A stretch of DNA of 64,000 bases from a virus (IMGVR_UViG_3300032330_001692:1-64000); one strand, 5' to 3'. Shown: positions 30,839 to 39,961, numbered from the stretch's first letter. Numbers and translations: made by a program. Notes: generated by a model not told the origin, from the sequence alone.

Positions 30839-31219
30839 ATGGATCAAAAAACACTTCTCGCACTGGCTCACAAAACCGTGGCTAAAACCTGGGGCAGCTT
30901 GGTCAGGGTTTACCCTGGGTTGACAGAACCCTGCCCCATAGTGATGCTTAACTCACGCTTGAAAACTACCGCAGGCCGCAGTTTTTACACTCAGAGAAAA
31001 ATTGATCTGTCAACACAATTGTTCACAGAACATCCGTTTCACTTTGTGCAGGACACCATCCCGCATGAAGTTTGCCATCAAGCGGCATGGGATTTATTTT
31101 CTGAACCCGGCCACGGCGAGCCGTGGCGGCGTGTTATGATCTCACTTGGCATCCAGCCTAATCGGTGCCATCAAATGACAAATACCCTATGGGAAGCTCA
31201 AAAAGCTAACCGCCGATAA
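30839..31219 (+). CDS. SprT-like zinc metalloprotease
   Basis: RL.TTAG, HEVCH, HG..W..VM motifs. Confidence 0.85.
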   Translation: MDQKTLLALAHKTVAKTWGSLVRVYPGLTEPCPIVMLNSRLKTTAGRSFYTQRKIDLSTQLFTEHPFHFVQDTIPHEVCHQAAWDLFSEPGHGEPWRRVMISLGIQPNRCHQMTNTLWEAQKANRR

Positions 31220-31632
31220 TATGAAAAATTTTCCCGGATTCTTGGCAGTGTGCGGCGCGTGGTTTTGTGCCCTGGGTTTTGTGCTGCCTGGCATCATGTG
31301 CTTTTTGGCCAGCTCGTTCTGGAGTATATTCTGTGATGAGGATTGCAGCGTGTATTCTCTGGCGTTTCTGTGTGCTAACATGGTGGCATTTTTCAGGCTG
31401 ACGTAATATGATCTGGAGCATGATTCTGGTATCTCTGCTGGCCAGCACGCCGCTGGTGCTTGTGTTCATTATGACTGAAAGTAGCTAATATGCTTAACTT
31501 GCTTAAAATTCTGTGGGCTATCTGGTGTATTATGTGGCTGCCCATTATGTGGTTGCTGGTGGGTGTAACCTACTTTGTGATATTGATTACCACAGGCAAA
31601 GCCGATGCCGACAGCTATATCGAGAACCTGTG

Positions 31633-31866
31633 ATGAAAAACTCCCGCGTGCGCTTGCGTTATGAAATTCTGGAAACTCCGGGCCTTAAACCCTGCACTGT
31701 ATCTGCGGAAGAATTCCGCAGAAAGTTTCAAGGATCTACGGCAAAACTAAATCCAAAACAATATACCGGCACTGAAATGCTGGGCGTGGCCACCATGCAC
31801 AAATCAAATGCAGTTCCGGTGTTTAACACCGACGCGGCCCGAGATATTTCAAACATGCGCAGATAA
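31633..31866 (+). CDS. Phage hypothetical protein (MHKSNAVPV family)
   Basis: YTG..MLG.ATMHKSNAVPV...A.DI..MRR motif. Confidence 0.7.
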   Translation: MKNSRVRLRYEILETPGLKPCTVSAEEFRRKFQGSTAKLNPKQYTGTEMLGVATMHKSNAVPVFNTDAARDISNMRR

Positions 31867-32177
31867 TAATAAGGGGAAACCCTTATTGGCGCCAAAATTA
31901 TATCACTAATTTTGGGGCCGCGTCAAGCGGGTGTGTGAAAATACCACACTGGTGCTTTCCCCTATACACCTGGTCTGCCAGGTGTGGTAGGCAATCAGTT
32001 TGCGCGGTTTTGGGGCGCCAAAATTATACCCGGTTTCTAAAACACTTGTCAATAGGTGTTTTCCCCTACTAGTGGGCCTGGCCGACCTGTGCTAGCAAAA
32101 GACCCTGCCTGGTGTATGGTGTTGCTCGCCTGGCCGACCTGTGCTATTATCGGTGCTTCACACAAACAAGGTTCAGC

Positions 32178-32651
32178 ATGAAAACAGTTTCTCGGGTTTC
32201 AGTTTATGACATGGATGGCACTATCGTTTGCAGTTTGCATCGTTATCGTACCATTACTGGTCCAGATAATATTGAACGAATTGATTTGCCATACTGGCGC
32301 GAAAATGAGTATCGTGCAGGCGACGATTCTCTTTTGCCACTGGCCATGCAATATAAACAAGATTTGCAGGATGAAAACTGCTATGTGATTATTGCCACTG
32401 CGCGAGTATTGAATTCTCCCGACCGTAAATTTATCCGGGAGATTTTGGGTCAACCCGATGCCATCGTCTCGCGTGCTGCAAATGATTCACGCTCGGGTGG
32501 TTTGCTCAAAGTATTGGGTTTGCGCAAGTATTATCAAGCATTCCAATCTGCGGATTGGTGCTTTTATGAAGATAATGCAACCTATCTCAAAACGGTTTGC
32601 GACTATTTCAATATCCGGGGCGTGTATGTGCCCAGCAAACAAGGCCACTAA
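32178..32651 (+). CDS. HAD-family phosphatase (possible nucleotidase)
   Basis: DMDGT motif I, TAR motif II, FYEDN motif IV. Confidence 0.8.
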   Translation: MKTVSRVSVYDMDGTIVCSLHRYRTITGPDNIERIDLPYWRENEYRAGDDSLLPLAMQYKQDLQDENCYVIIATARVLNSPDRKFIREILGQPDAIVSRAANDSRSGGLLKVLGLRKYYQAFQSADWCFYEDNATYLKTVCDYFNIRGVYVPSKQGH

Positions 32652-32762
32652 AATAGATTAAAAAGTTCTTGACAGCAGTATCTGATTCTGATATACTCTT
32701 TTTGTTGGGTTAGTAAACCCAACCCGCGATTATCCGGCGGCTCCGGTATAAAGGAAACTAAA

Positions 32763-33461
32763 ATGGCCAAAAAGCAATACTTTGCAATTCTCGACACCGA
32801 AACCACGATGGCAAATACCGTGGCTGATTTGGGTATTATTATCGTTGACCGTCAAGGCAAGATTTATAATCAAATGGCAGTTTTGATTAACGGTCAATAC
32901 GGCACGCATGAATTGTTCCATGACAAACATGCCAACGACGTTTGGGGTTATGGTGGACTGGAAAAGCGCAAACTGGCCTATACCAAAATGCTGGATTCAG
33001 GTTCGCGTATGCTGGCATCAGTTAATGCCATCAACCGTTGGATTCAGCAGGCCGTCGGCAAATACAATCCCGAATTGACTGCCTATAATCTGAGTTTCGA
33101 CCTGGACAAATGTGTGAATACTGAGATTGATTTGAGTGGATTTAATAGCTCATTCTGTTTGTGGCAAGCTGCCGTGGGTAACGTCTGCAATACCAAACAA
33201 TATAAACAGTTTGTGCTTGACAATCACGGTTTCAACGCTCCGACGGGCCACGGCAATATGTCCATGAAAACCACCGCAGAAATGGTTGCCGGGTTTATCT
33301 CGGGTGAGTTTAAGGCAGAACCGCATACTGCACTGGAAGATGCCCGAGATTTTGAATTGCCCATTCTGGTGGAGATTCTGAAAAAGAAAAAGTGGCGTGA
33401 AAAGATTACCCCTTATGTGTGGCGTGATTTTCAGGTGAAGAATCATTACTCGGTGAAATAA
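32763..33461 (+). CDS. DEDDh 3'-5' exonuclease
   Basis: LDTET (ExoI), AYN..FD (ExoII), HTALED (ExoIII); own promoter TTGACA-N17-TATACT. Confidence 0.85.
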   Translation: MAKKQYFAILDTETTMANTVADLGIIIVDRQGKIYNQMAVLINGQYGTHELFHDKHANDVWGYGGLEKRKLAYTKMLDSGSRMLASVNAINRWIQQAVGKYNPELTAYNLSFDLDKCVNTEIDLSGFNSSFCLWQAAVGNVCNTKQYKQFVLDNHGFNAPTGHGNMSMKTTAEMVAGFISGEFKAEPHTALEDARDFELPILVEILKKKKWREKITPYVWRDFQVKNHYSVK

Positions 33462-33462
33462 T

Positions 33463-33795
33463 ATGCACGACCTTATCCGTCAAACGATAGGGTTTCTCCA
33501 AATCGAGAAACCCTATAAAATCGTGCTCAAACCCGCACTAAAAGGTAATGCAGCAGAGTATTATGAAATGCGCAGAAAGGGTAAACTGGTTTCGCATTTA
33601 ATCCGGGTTTCAATCGACAATCTGCATACTGATTCCCGGTGCTTGAATACTTTGATCGTGCATGAGTTTATCCACGCCTGGCAAGCCGAGAATAACATTG
33701 TGGAGATTCACGGCCGTGAATTCAGGAAAATGGCTAAATCTCTGGGCAACATTTTGAATCTGGACAATATCTATATTAAGGGCACAGATGTTTAA
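33463..33795 (+). CDS. Second SprT-like metalloprotease
   Basis: HEFIH...HG..F motif. Confidence 0.75.
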   Translation: MHDLIRQTIGFLQIEKPYKIVLKPALKGNAAEYYEMRRKGKLVSHLIRVSIDNLHTDSRCLNTLIVHEFIHAWQAENNIVEIHGREFRKMAKSLGNILNLDNIYIKGTDV

Positions 33796-34418
33796 TATTC
33801 TAGAACTTAAACAAATCAAGGAAATTGTAGATGAAATCCTTGAGATTCATGACGCGCAAAATAATATTCATATACCAGAAAAGGGTTTTGAATATCTCAA
33901 TACTCAACGTGCCATGCTCGAAGATCGATTGCAAAAGATATTCGACGATTATTAACCAAACCGAATAAGGGTTTACCCTTATTCGGGCGCCAAAATTATA
34001 TCACTAATTTTGGGGCCGCGTCCAGCGGCCTGGTGATTGTTTTTTGCTATGGCCGCCTGGCAGACCATAGGCTGTGCCTATGGGCCGGGCGCCAAAATTA
34101 TACTATGCCTGCGAAAAAGCTGTCAATAGGTGAAAGCACCTAGTAGACCGCCTGGCGGAACTGTGCTAGCGAAAGACCCCACAAAAAGTAGGTGTTGCCT
34201 GGCGCGCTGGAATCGGTTATTATTCTTTTGTCGGTTGTTCGGACAGTTCTTTAAAAACCAGCGCGATTCAGGCCCTGCCGGGACGGCACTGCCAAAGACC
34301 CCTAAAAAAATAGGGGGTTGACACAGAATCGAAAGTGACTGATAATAGATTCATCGGTTCAGGAAACGCCGAGCAATCGCAAAAGTTTCCAAATTGTTCC
34401 CTAAAAGGATACTGAAAA

Positions 34419-34775
34419 ATGGCTCAAGCTAAAACCGTGGTTGTGAACTACACTGCCGAACAAACTGCCCAGGTGGTTGCCGACTATCAAGCCGGTGTTA
34501 CCGTGGAAACCATTGCGGAAAACATGGGCAAAACCGCCCGTTCGATTATCGCGAAACTGTCTCGCGAAGGTGTTTACAAGGCTAAGGTTTACAAAACCAA
34601 AACCGGCGAAACCGTGGAAAAGAAGGATCAAACCGCCGATGCCATCGGTGCAGTTCTGAAAATGTCGGAGTCGGAGATTGAATCTCTGACCAAGGCGAAC
34701 AAAACCGCCCTGCGCAAGATTTGGCAGGCGCTGGCTAATTCGCGGCCGATTACTCCGGAGGATGATTCCGAGTAA
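34419..34775 (+). CDS. T5 A2-like DNA-binding protein
   Basis: YT.EQT..V...Y....ETIA...GKT.RSI.AKLS..GVY...SL.KA; strong promoter and RBS; pre-early location. Confidence 0.7.
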   Translation: MAQAKTVVVNYTAEQTAQVVADYQAGVTVETIAENMGKTARSIIAKLSREGVYKAKVYKTKTGETVEKKDQTADAIGAVLKMSESEIESLTKANKTALRKIWQALANSRPITPEDDSE

Positions 34776-34863
34776 TTCACAAACCCCGAAAGGGGTTTTA
34801 ATAGTATCTTCACGGTACTATTAAAACCGTTTTCTCTCAACTGGCCTAGAAAGGGCATCCGTT

Positions 34864-35451
34864 ATGCGCAAAGATTCTGAAACTTTCATGAACTCGGGTT
34901 CGGGTTATCTGCGTGCCACCACCGCGGTGGAAGTCGTTGATATTTGGGGTCAGGTATCCTATCGAAAAGTGGTTATCGGCAAACTGCATGATGTTAGTTT
35001 GCACGATGCCCAGGATATTGTGGAAAAGGCTCGGCAAACTGCTGCCGACCGTGGGCAGAATATTCAGGCTGAATTCAAAATCTCTCTGTAAACCGAAAGG
35101 ATTAAAATGTCGAATACTAAACTCTCTGTGGCTCAGAAACAAGCCTTGAAAACTCTGCGTCAACTTTATCCCGACGTTGAAATTTTCCATTTTCCCGATA
35201 ATCGGGTTTGCGTGGGCATTCGGCGCACCGGCGAGAAAATGGGGGAATTTTCCGTGGCAATTTGCGCAGATACCGAAACCAAGTATCGCAAAAAGGTCGG
35301 CGAACTGCTGGTGCGTGAGCGCATGCAATATGGCGTGTGTTTGCCGGTGGAATTGGGCACTATTTACTCCGATGATGATGAAACCGAGTATATGGAAATG
35401 GTGGCTGATAGTATCGCCCAGGCAGTAACCGGATTATCGCCCAGGCAGTAA
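34864..35451 (+). CDS. Two pre-early hypothetical genes (34864-35091, 35107-35451)
   Basis: RBS-preceded ORFs. Confidence 0.6.
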
Positions 35452-35812
35452 CCGGATAATATCCAAAACCGAATAAGGGTAAACCCTTATTCGGGCGCCA
35501 TTTTATCATATAAAATGGGGCTGGGTCAAGGGCATGTGTGAAAATACAACGTAGGTGTTTTCACCTAGTCTGACGCGCAAAATTTCGTGTAGAATAGGGT
35601 AGGCGCCAAAAATGCACCACACTGGTGCACGCCTGGTGCACGCCTGGCAAAAGACCACACCGGCTCTAGGGTGTTGACGGCTGACGTGGACCCGGTGTAC
35701 ACTACGTCATCGGATCAAAAAACAAGGTAATAAATATGTGGATGCTTATCGGTTACATGGTGTTTATTGTGGCGGGGTTTGTGATTATGTTCACTGTAAC
35801 TAGGGAATGGTA

Positions 35813-36406
35813 ATGTTTCTGAAAACGTATGAACGGGTAGTAAATACCCTGCTGGCAGGTAATACCGGCAACACTCAAATAGTTTGCCGGTTTCGTGGTG
35901 GCAAACTGCTGCGCGGTACTGCCAGCAAACATAGAACCCACAGCGGGTGTATTTTTCGCAAATTCTTGAGGATGAAACATGCCAGGGTTTGATCGTGATT
36001 ACTTGGTGGCGGTTGGCGCTTACGGGCGTGATGCCACTGAGCAGGATTGGCAGGCCGGAAAAGATTTTCAGGTGAAAGGCGGCCCGTACTTTTCAATCCG
36101 TGATTGCGAAACCATCAAGCAGGATGGGGTTTCGCAAATCATTTTCTATAACCGCCAGGGTTATCTGGCTTTTGTAAAGGATCTATAATGCGGATTACTC
36201 GCGACCAGTTGGTGGACTACACCGATACTATACTCCATGATGCCAGCAGGCTGGGCTGGGATACTATTCGAGAATTGCAGGATCAGTATACGGTGAATCT
36301 GTGTGATGGTAATGACGAAACCTGGTTCGATTCAGACGAACTGCCCCAGGATCAGAACCTGACCATACTGTCAGAAGCCGAGTTTCTGGAAACCTACGTA
36401 TTCTAA
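35813..36406 (+). CDS. Three coupled pre-early hypothetical genes
   Basis: Overlapping start/stop; 35979-36188 has AYGRD...DW..GKDF motif. Confidence 0.6.
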
Positions 36407-36649
36407 AGGAAAGATTATGGAAACCGTTTTGATTTGGCTTGCAGGCGGAGTTATTACCTGGCTGGCCTTGGTGTTTTTGTTTCATGCTATTGTAATTGCG
36501 GGTGCATTTTATTTTATTTACAAAATTTGTAAATAACCAATACCAATAAGGGTAAACCCTTATTGGCGCCATTTTACCACGTAAAATGGGAGCGTGTCAA
36601 GCACTTTCGGAAAAACCCTGCTGGCTGTAGGGGTTCTGCGCCGAAACCG

Positions 36650-37065
36650 GAATCATTCGCATTTGCATTCGTGTTCCGGTGGCTGAAAGCAAATGCGAAT
36701 GATTCGCATTCAGCGCAGTAAACTGCGTAAAGTGTGTAAGGCCGGTAAAGCGCATAAAGTTGGTAAACCTCATAAACTGGGTAAACTGAGTAAACCACTC
36801 AAACCACTACCCCCCACCCCTATTGGCGCCAGTGCGAAATCAACAAGTGCAAAATCAACCAGTTTGCCGGCGCCAGTGCAAAAACAACACCAAATTTTCA
36901 GAGTCTGCCGGCGCCAAAATTATAAAGTGCAAAACCAATGCTTGTCAAGTGCAAATTTCAGAGCGTGACCCCAGCCGCGCCAGTGGGAAAACAACGGAAA
37001 TTTCAAGGGTGGTGGGCGCCAAAATTATAAAGTGGAAAACCAATGTGTGTCAAGTGCAAATTTTC
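36650..37065. repeat. Injection-stop-signal-like repeat block
   Basis: 17-bp inverted repeat, about ten 9-nt units (GTAAACTGN-like, 36718-36807), AGTG(C/G)AAA repeats and GGCGCC repeats. Confidence 0.6.
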
Positions 37066-37177
37066 ACACGGAAACAGTTACCGGAACCCATTACCGCAAA
37101 AAGACCACATAAATTTTTAATTTGCTCAAGTTTGCCTTTTGGGGTATAATGTTTTTATTCTAAACTCCGATACCGTT

Positions 37178-37480
37178 ATGGCTCAGCAACCTTATACTCC
37201 AGAACAAACCACCCAAGTGCTCCAACTATACGCCGCAGGCGTAGACCAGGAGACTATTGCGCTTACTCTAGAGCGCAGCACTCGCAGCATTATTAGCAAA
37301 CTGGTGCAGCTGGGCGTTTATCAAACTCCGGAACAGCGTCAGGCCAGACCCAAAAAAGCTGAGCTGATTCAGCAAATTGCAAGGCACCTGGACCTGGATG
37401 CAGCTCAGTTGAACTCTCTTGAAAAAGCCACACACGGCGCACTCACGCTCTTGCACAGCTCCATAACTCAACCCACCTAA
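37178..37480 (+). CDS. A2/D3-like DNA-binding paralogue
   Basis: YTPEQT..V..LY.AG...ETIA..L.RS.RSIISKL...GVY...SLEKA. Confidence 0.7.
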   Translation: MAQQPYTPEQTTQVLQLYAAGVDQETIALTLERSTRSIISKLVQLGVYQTPEQRQARPKKAELIQQIARHLDLDAAQLNSLEKATHGALTLLHSSITQPT

Positions 37481-37522
37481 TTTGGTTGCCGCGAAGGCGG
37501 CCAACTCTAGGGTCCAGAAACA

Positions 37523-37559
37523 AAAAAGCCCGTAAACTTCACAGTTTACGGGCTTTTTT
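37523..37559. terminator. Bidirectional intrinsic terminator
   Basis: AAAAAAGCCCGTAAAC..GTTTACGGGCTTTTT between convergent genes. Confidence 0.85.
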
Positions 37560-37574
37560 ACGTTTCAACACTTT

Positions 37575-37874
37575 TCACGGCTTTAAAGCCTTTTCCAAGA
37601 GCAAAAGCACGTTTTTGTTGGCTTTTTCAAGCGATTCCAGCAATTCCAAATTGCAATCCAGCAGTTTGGCAATCTTTTCGATCAAAACTTCCTTCTTTTC
37701 AGGCGGTTCACCGCGCTTGTTCAAGTAAGTTTTGCGCTGGTAAACACCCAAACTCGACAATTTTGCGATCACTGAGCGTTCAGGCACACCCAGAGTCCGG
37801 GCGAGTTCAGGCACAGGGACTCCGGCCAGGTGTTGGTTTAAAAGCTGTTGTGTGATTTCAGGAGTGTATTTCAT
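37575..37874 (-). CDS. A2/D3-like DNA-binding paralogue
   Basis: YTPEIT...RSVIAKLS.LGVY...ESLEKANK. Confidence 0.7.
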   Translation of the reverse strand: MKYTPEITQQLLNQHLAGVPVPELARTLGVPERSVIAKLSSLGVYQRKTYLNKRGEPPEKKEVLIEKIAKLLDCNLELLESLEKANKNVLLLLEKALKP

Positions 37875-38662
37875 TGCCAGGGTAGTTTCTGCAATTCTGG
37901 TTGAGGTTTAGCCTTGCGGCCCAATTTTTCTGTGGGTACATCAAATACTTCCGCATCCACTAAGGGTGGTGCTGGTTCGTCTAAGTCTTGCAGGTTAGTC
38001 CATGCTAAGGGATGACGTGTGGTGGGATGGTAAACCCACAGCTGACACAGCATGAGTTTAACCAGTCTGGGTAACTTTTTGAAGTCTGGATCTTTGATGC
38101 CATTTACTGAAGTGCACGACGTATAAGGAGTTTGGCGACCTTCGCGAGTTCCTGACTTGATGGTACGACCCAGTTCTCTGATTTCTAGGAGGTCTAGGTC
38201 TGGGAAGTCCTGACCAATGTACTGGATGACTTCTTGATTGTCTTTGTCTAAAAGCTGTAAAATTGCTGGGTCTGTGTAGTCCCAGCTCATGTAGCTTACA
38301 TTTCTGTACTCTTTGAAAGCACTCAAGAGTAAAGGTACCGAAGCAGCGTACCGCTGGTTTGACCCTAGAATTTGATTACCTGAAACGATTTGACCACGTG
38401 GAGAGTAGTTTGCAAATTGAAAGAGTGAGGTCAACTCTCGGCTGGTTGCTGCCCTGCCCGAGGGAAACTTGACCCTAGACTCCAGCAAATCTGCGTGCAG
38501 GGCACGCAAGGTTGCTGAGGCTGAGATCAGCTCACCTGTTCTACACAGCCGAACATTGTGGTTGAAAAAGGCTAAAACCTGAGGCAAAACCCAGCTGTGA
38601 TTGTCTTTTAAAAAGGGCTGATCTAGGGTGTTCCAGTCTAACAGACTAATATCCTTTTTCAA
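37871..38662 (-). CDS. Conserved T5-like protein (D2-like)
   Basis: SW.LPQ, VPLLL.AFK.Y..V.Y..W and MLCQLWV.HP motifs recalled from T5-like D2 proteins; TTG start with AGGAG. Confidence 0.45.
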   Translation of the reverse strand: MKKDISLLDWNTLDQPFLKDNHSWVLPQVLAFFNHNVRLCRTGELISASATLRALHADLLESRVKFPSGRAATSRELTSLFQFANYSPRGQIVSGNQILGSNQRYAASVPLLLSAFKEYRNVSYMSWDYTDPAILQLLDKDNQEVIQYIGQDFPDLDLLEIRELGRTIKSGTREGRQTPYTSCTSVNGIKDPDFKKLPRLVKLMLCQLWVYHPTTRHPLAWTNLQDLDEPAPPLVDAEVFDVPTEKLGRKAKPQPELQKLPWQ

Positions 38663-39154
38663 CGATGTGCTCCTAGTGCGGCGGGTAAGGGGTTTTGGGC
38701 GGTTGATCCGCTTTTTACTTTGAAATCTTTTTGCATTTAGAATTTTTTAAATATAGGTTTGGTCGTTTGCATCAGTTGATATCGTGTACAAACTTCCTGT
38801 GGCTGCAACAATTTTTCAATCTAGCGTTGTGGGTGCCATCGGTCGGCTGAGCTCGGTCAGTCACACACAACCCTATCTCTTATCGTTTTGCAACAGGGTT
38901 TGTACTCTAAGTTTTGTATCTTAGTATAATTATATCACAACTTTTTACAGAAGTCAAGTAGCTGGAGAAATTTATTTTTCTGCTGCCCTTTTAAGATGTG
39001 GTTTCTTTGTACAACTCGTAGTCGCCAGGCTCTAGAACTCTGTTAGCTTGAGGGCAGTAGTGGTCTGGATCCAAGTCTAGTGTTTGGTTGAAGAGCTCGT
39101 CGTAACGGTGAGTGTAAGAGTTGCGCTGATAAAAGGTTTCAGTGAGTTTGATTT

Positions 39155-39961
39155 TCATACTTGGTAGACTCTGGGAGTCCAAAAAGGGTTTTGATCTGGG
39201 TAACCGCGGGGATTGCACAACACCCTGGTTTCACCTATGGTGTAGTCTTGGTGTGTGTGCATGTGCCCGTGCAACCAGTATTCAGGTCGGTGGTCTAAGA
39301 TTAGTGCTTCTAGGTTGCTTGCGTATCCTCCGTTTAGTTCATGGTCAGTTTTGTATTCAGGCGAAATGCTCTGAAAGCTGGGAGCATGATGAGTTACCAC
39401 CACAGTTTTAGGGGTGATGTGGTTTTTGATGAACTGTTTAGTTTGCACATGCCGTTGCAGGGTATGCACTGGACGCAACTTGGTGTAGCCTGCTTGGTCA
39501 TTGGTGATGATCCTGTAGTCGTTCATGCCGTATTGCAGGGCGGTCATGGTTATGGGATCGTGACGGTTGCAGTCAGTCCACAGGGTGCCACCCAAGAATC
39601 GGACGTCTTCGACATCAACGTATGAATCCTCCAAGAAGTGCAGGTTGTTGTAGTGTGCACACTCCTGCTGCAGGGTTTGCAGTGTTTGGTTGAACTTGCC
39701 GTGGTAGAACTCGTGGTTGCCTGCAACATAAACTACATGTTGGTAGTGTTGAGTCACCTGGTCTAGAAACTCACGATAGCGTTGTGCCGATACACCTCGT
39801 GGTTGCTCGTGAGGCAACACCACGTCTTCACGTGTAAACCGGCGCAGGTCTTCTGCTACTAGCACATCACCGGCCAGCACAAGTACATCGGCATCTGGGA
39901 ATTGAATTGATTGGTGACCTGCAAATTCCAAGTGCAAGTCACTCATTAGGGTAAAGCGCAT
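39155..39961 (-). CDS. Calcineurin-like metallophosphoesterase
   Basis: SDLH, AGD, GNHE, HH.P, HGH.H motifs. Confidence 0.9.
   Translation of the reverse strand: MRFTLMSDLHLEFAGHQSIQFPDADVLVLAGDVLVAEDLRRFTREDVVLPHEQPRGVSAQRYREFLDQVTQHYQHVVYVAGNHEFYHGKFNQTLQTLQQECAHYNNLHFLEDSYVDVEDVRFLGGTLWTDCNRHDPITMTALQYGMNDYRIITNDQAGYTKLRPVHTLQRHVQTKQFIKNHITPKTVVVTHHAPSFQSISPEYKTDHELNGGYASNLEALILDHRPEYWLHGHMHTHQDYTIGETRVLCNPRGYPDQNPFWTPRVYQV

Larger units (their letters stand above)
30336..37053 (-). promoter_or_regulatory. Ten antisense promoter cassettes (TTGACN-N18-TA(T/A)AAT..GGCGC)
   Basis: Copies at ~30364-30401, 30739-30777, 31888-31926, 32014-32052, 33986-34025 (-35 degenerate), 34088-34126, 35494-35529, 36565-36600, 36909-36948, 37015-37053. 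Confidence 0.75.
29000..37120. repeat. Probable long terminal repeat / pre-early (first-step transfer) region
   Basis: Lies between terS and early genes as in circularised T5-like genomes; contains an A2-like gene and motif-dense spacers. Boundaries are inferred. Confidence 0.6.

Noticed and set aside
35413-35457. 22-nt tandem duplication at the end of ORF 35107-35451
   Set aside because: Real, but most simply a local slippage event with no further structure.
30336-37053. CRISPR array interpretation of the recurring ~35-nt GGCGCCAAAATTATATCACTAATTTTGGGGCC repeat
   Set aside because: Copies are hundreds to thousands of bases apart with genes between them, they contain promoter boxes, and there are no cas genes.
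36574-37149. Lys-x-x and Tyr-x-x periodic ORFs
   Set aside because: By-products of the 9-nt DNA repeat, with no convincing RBS.
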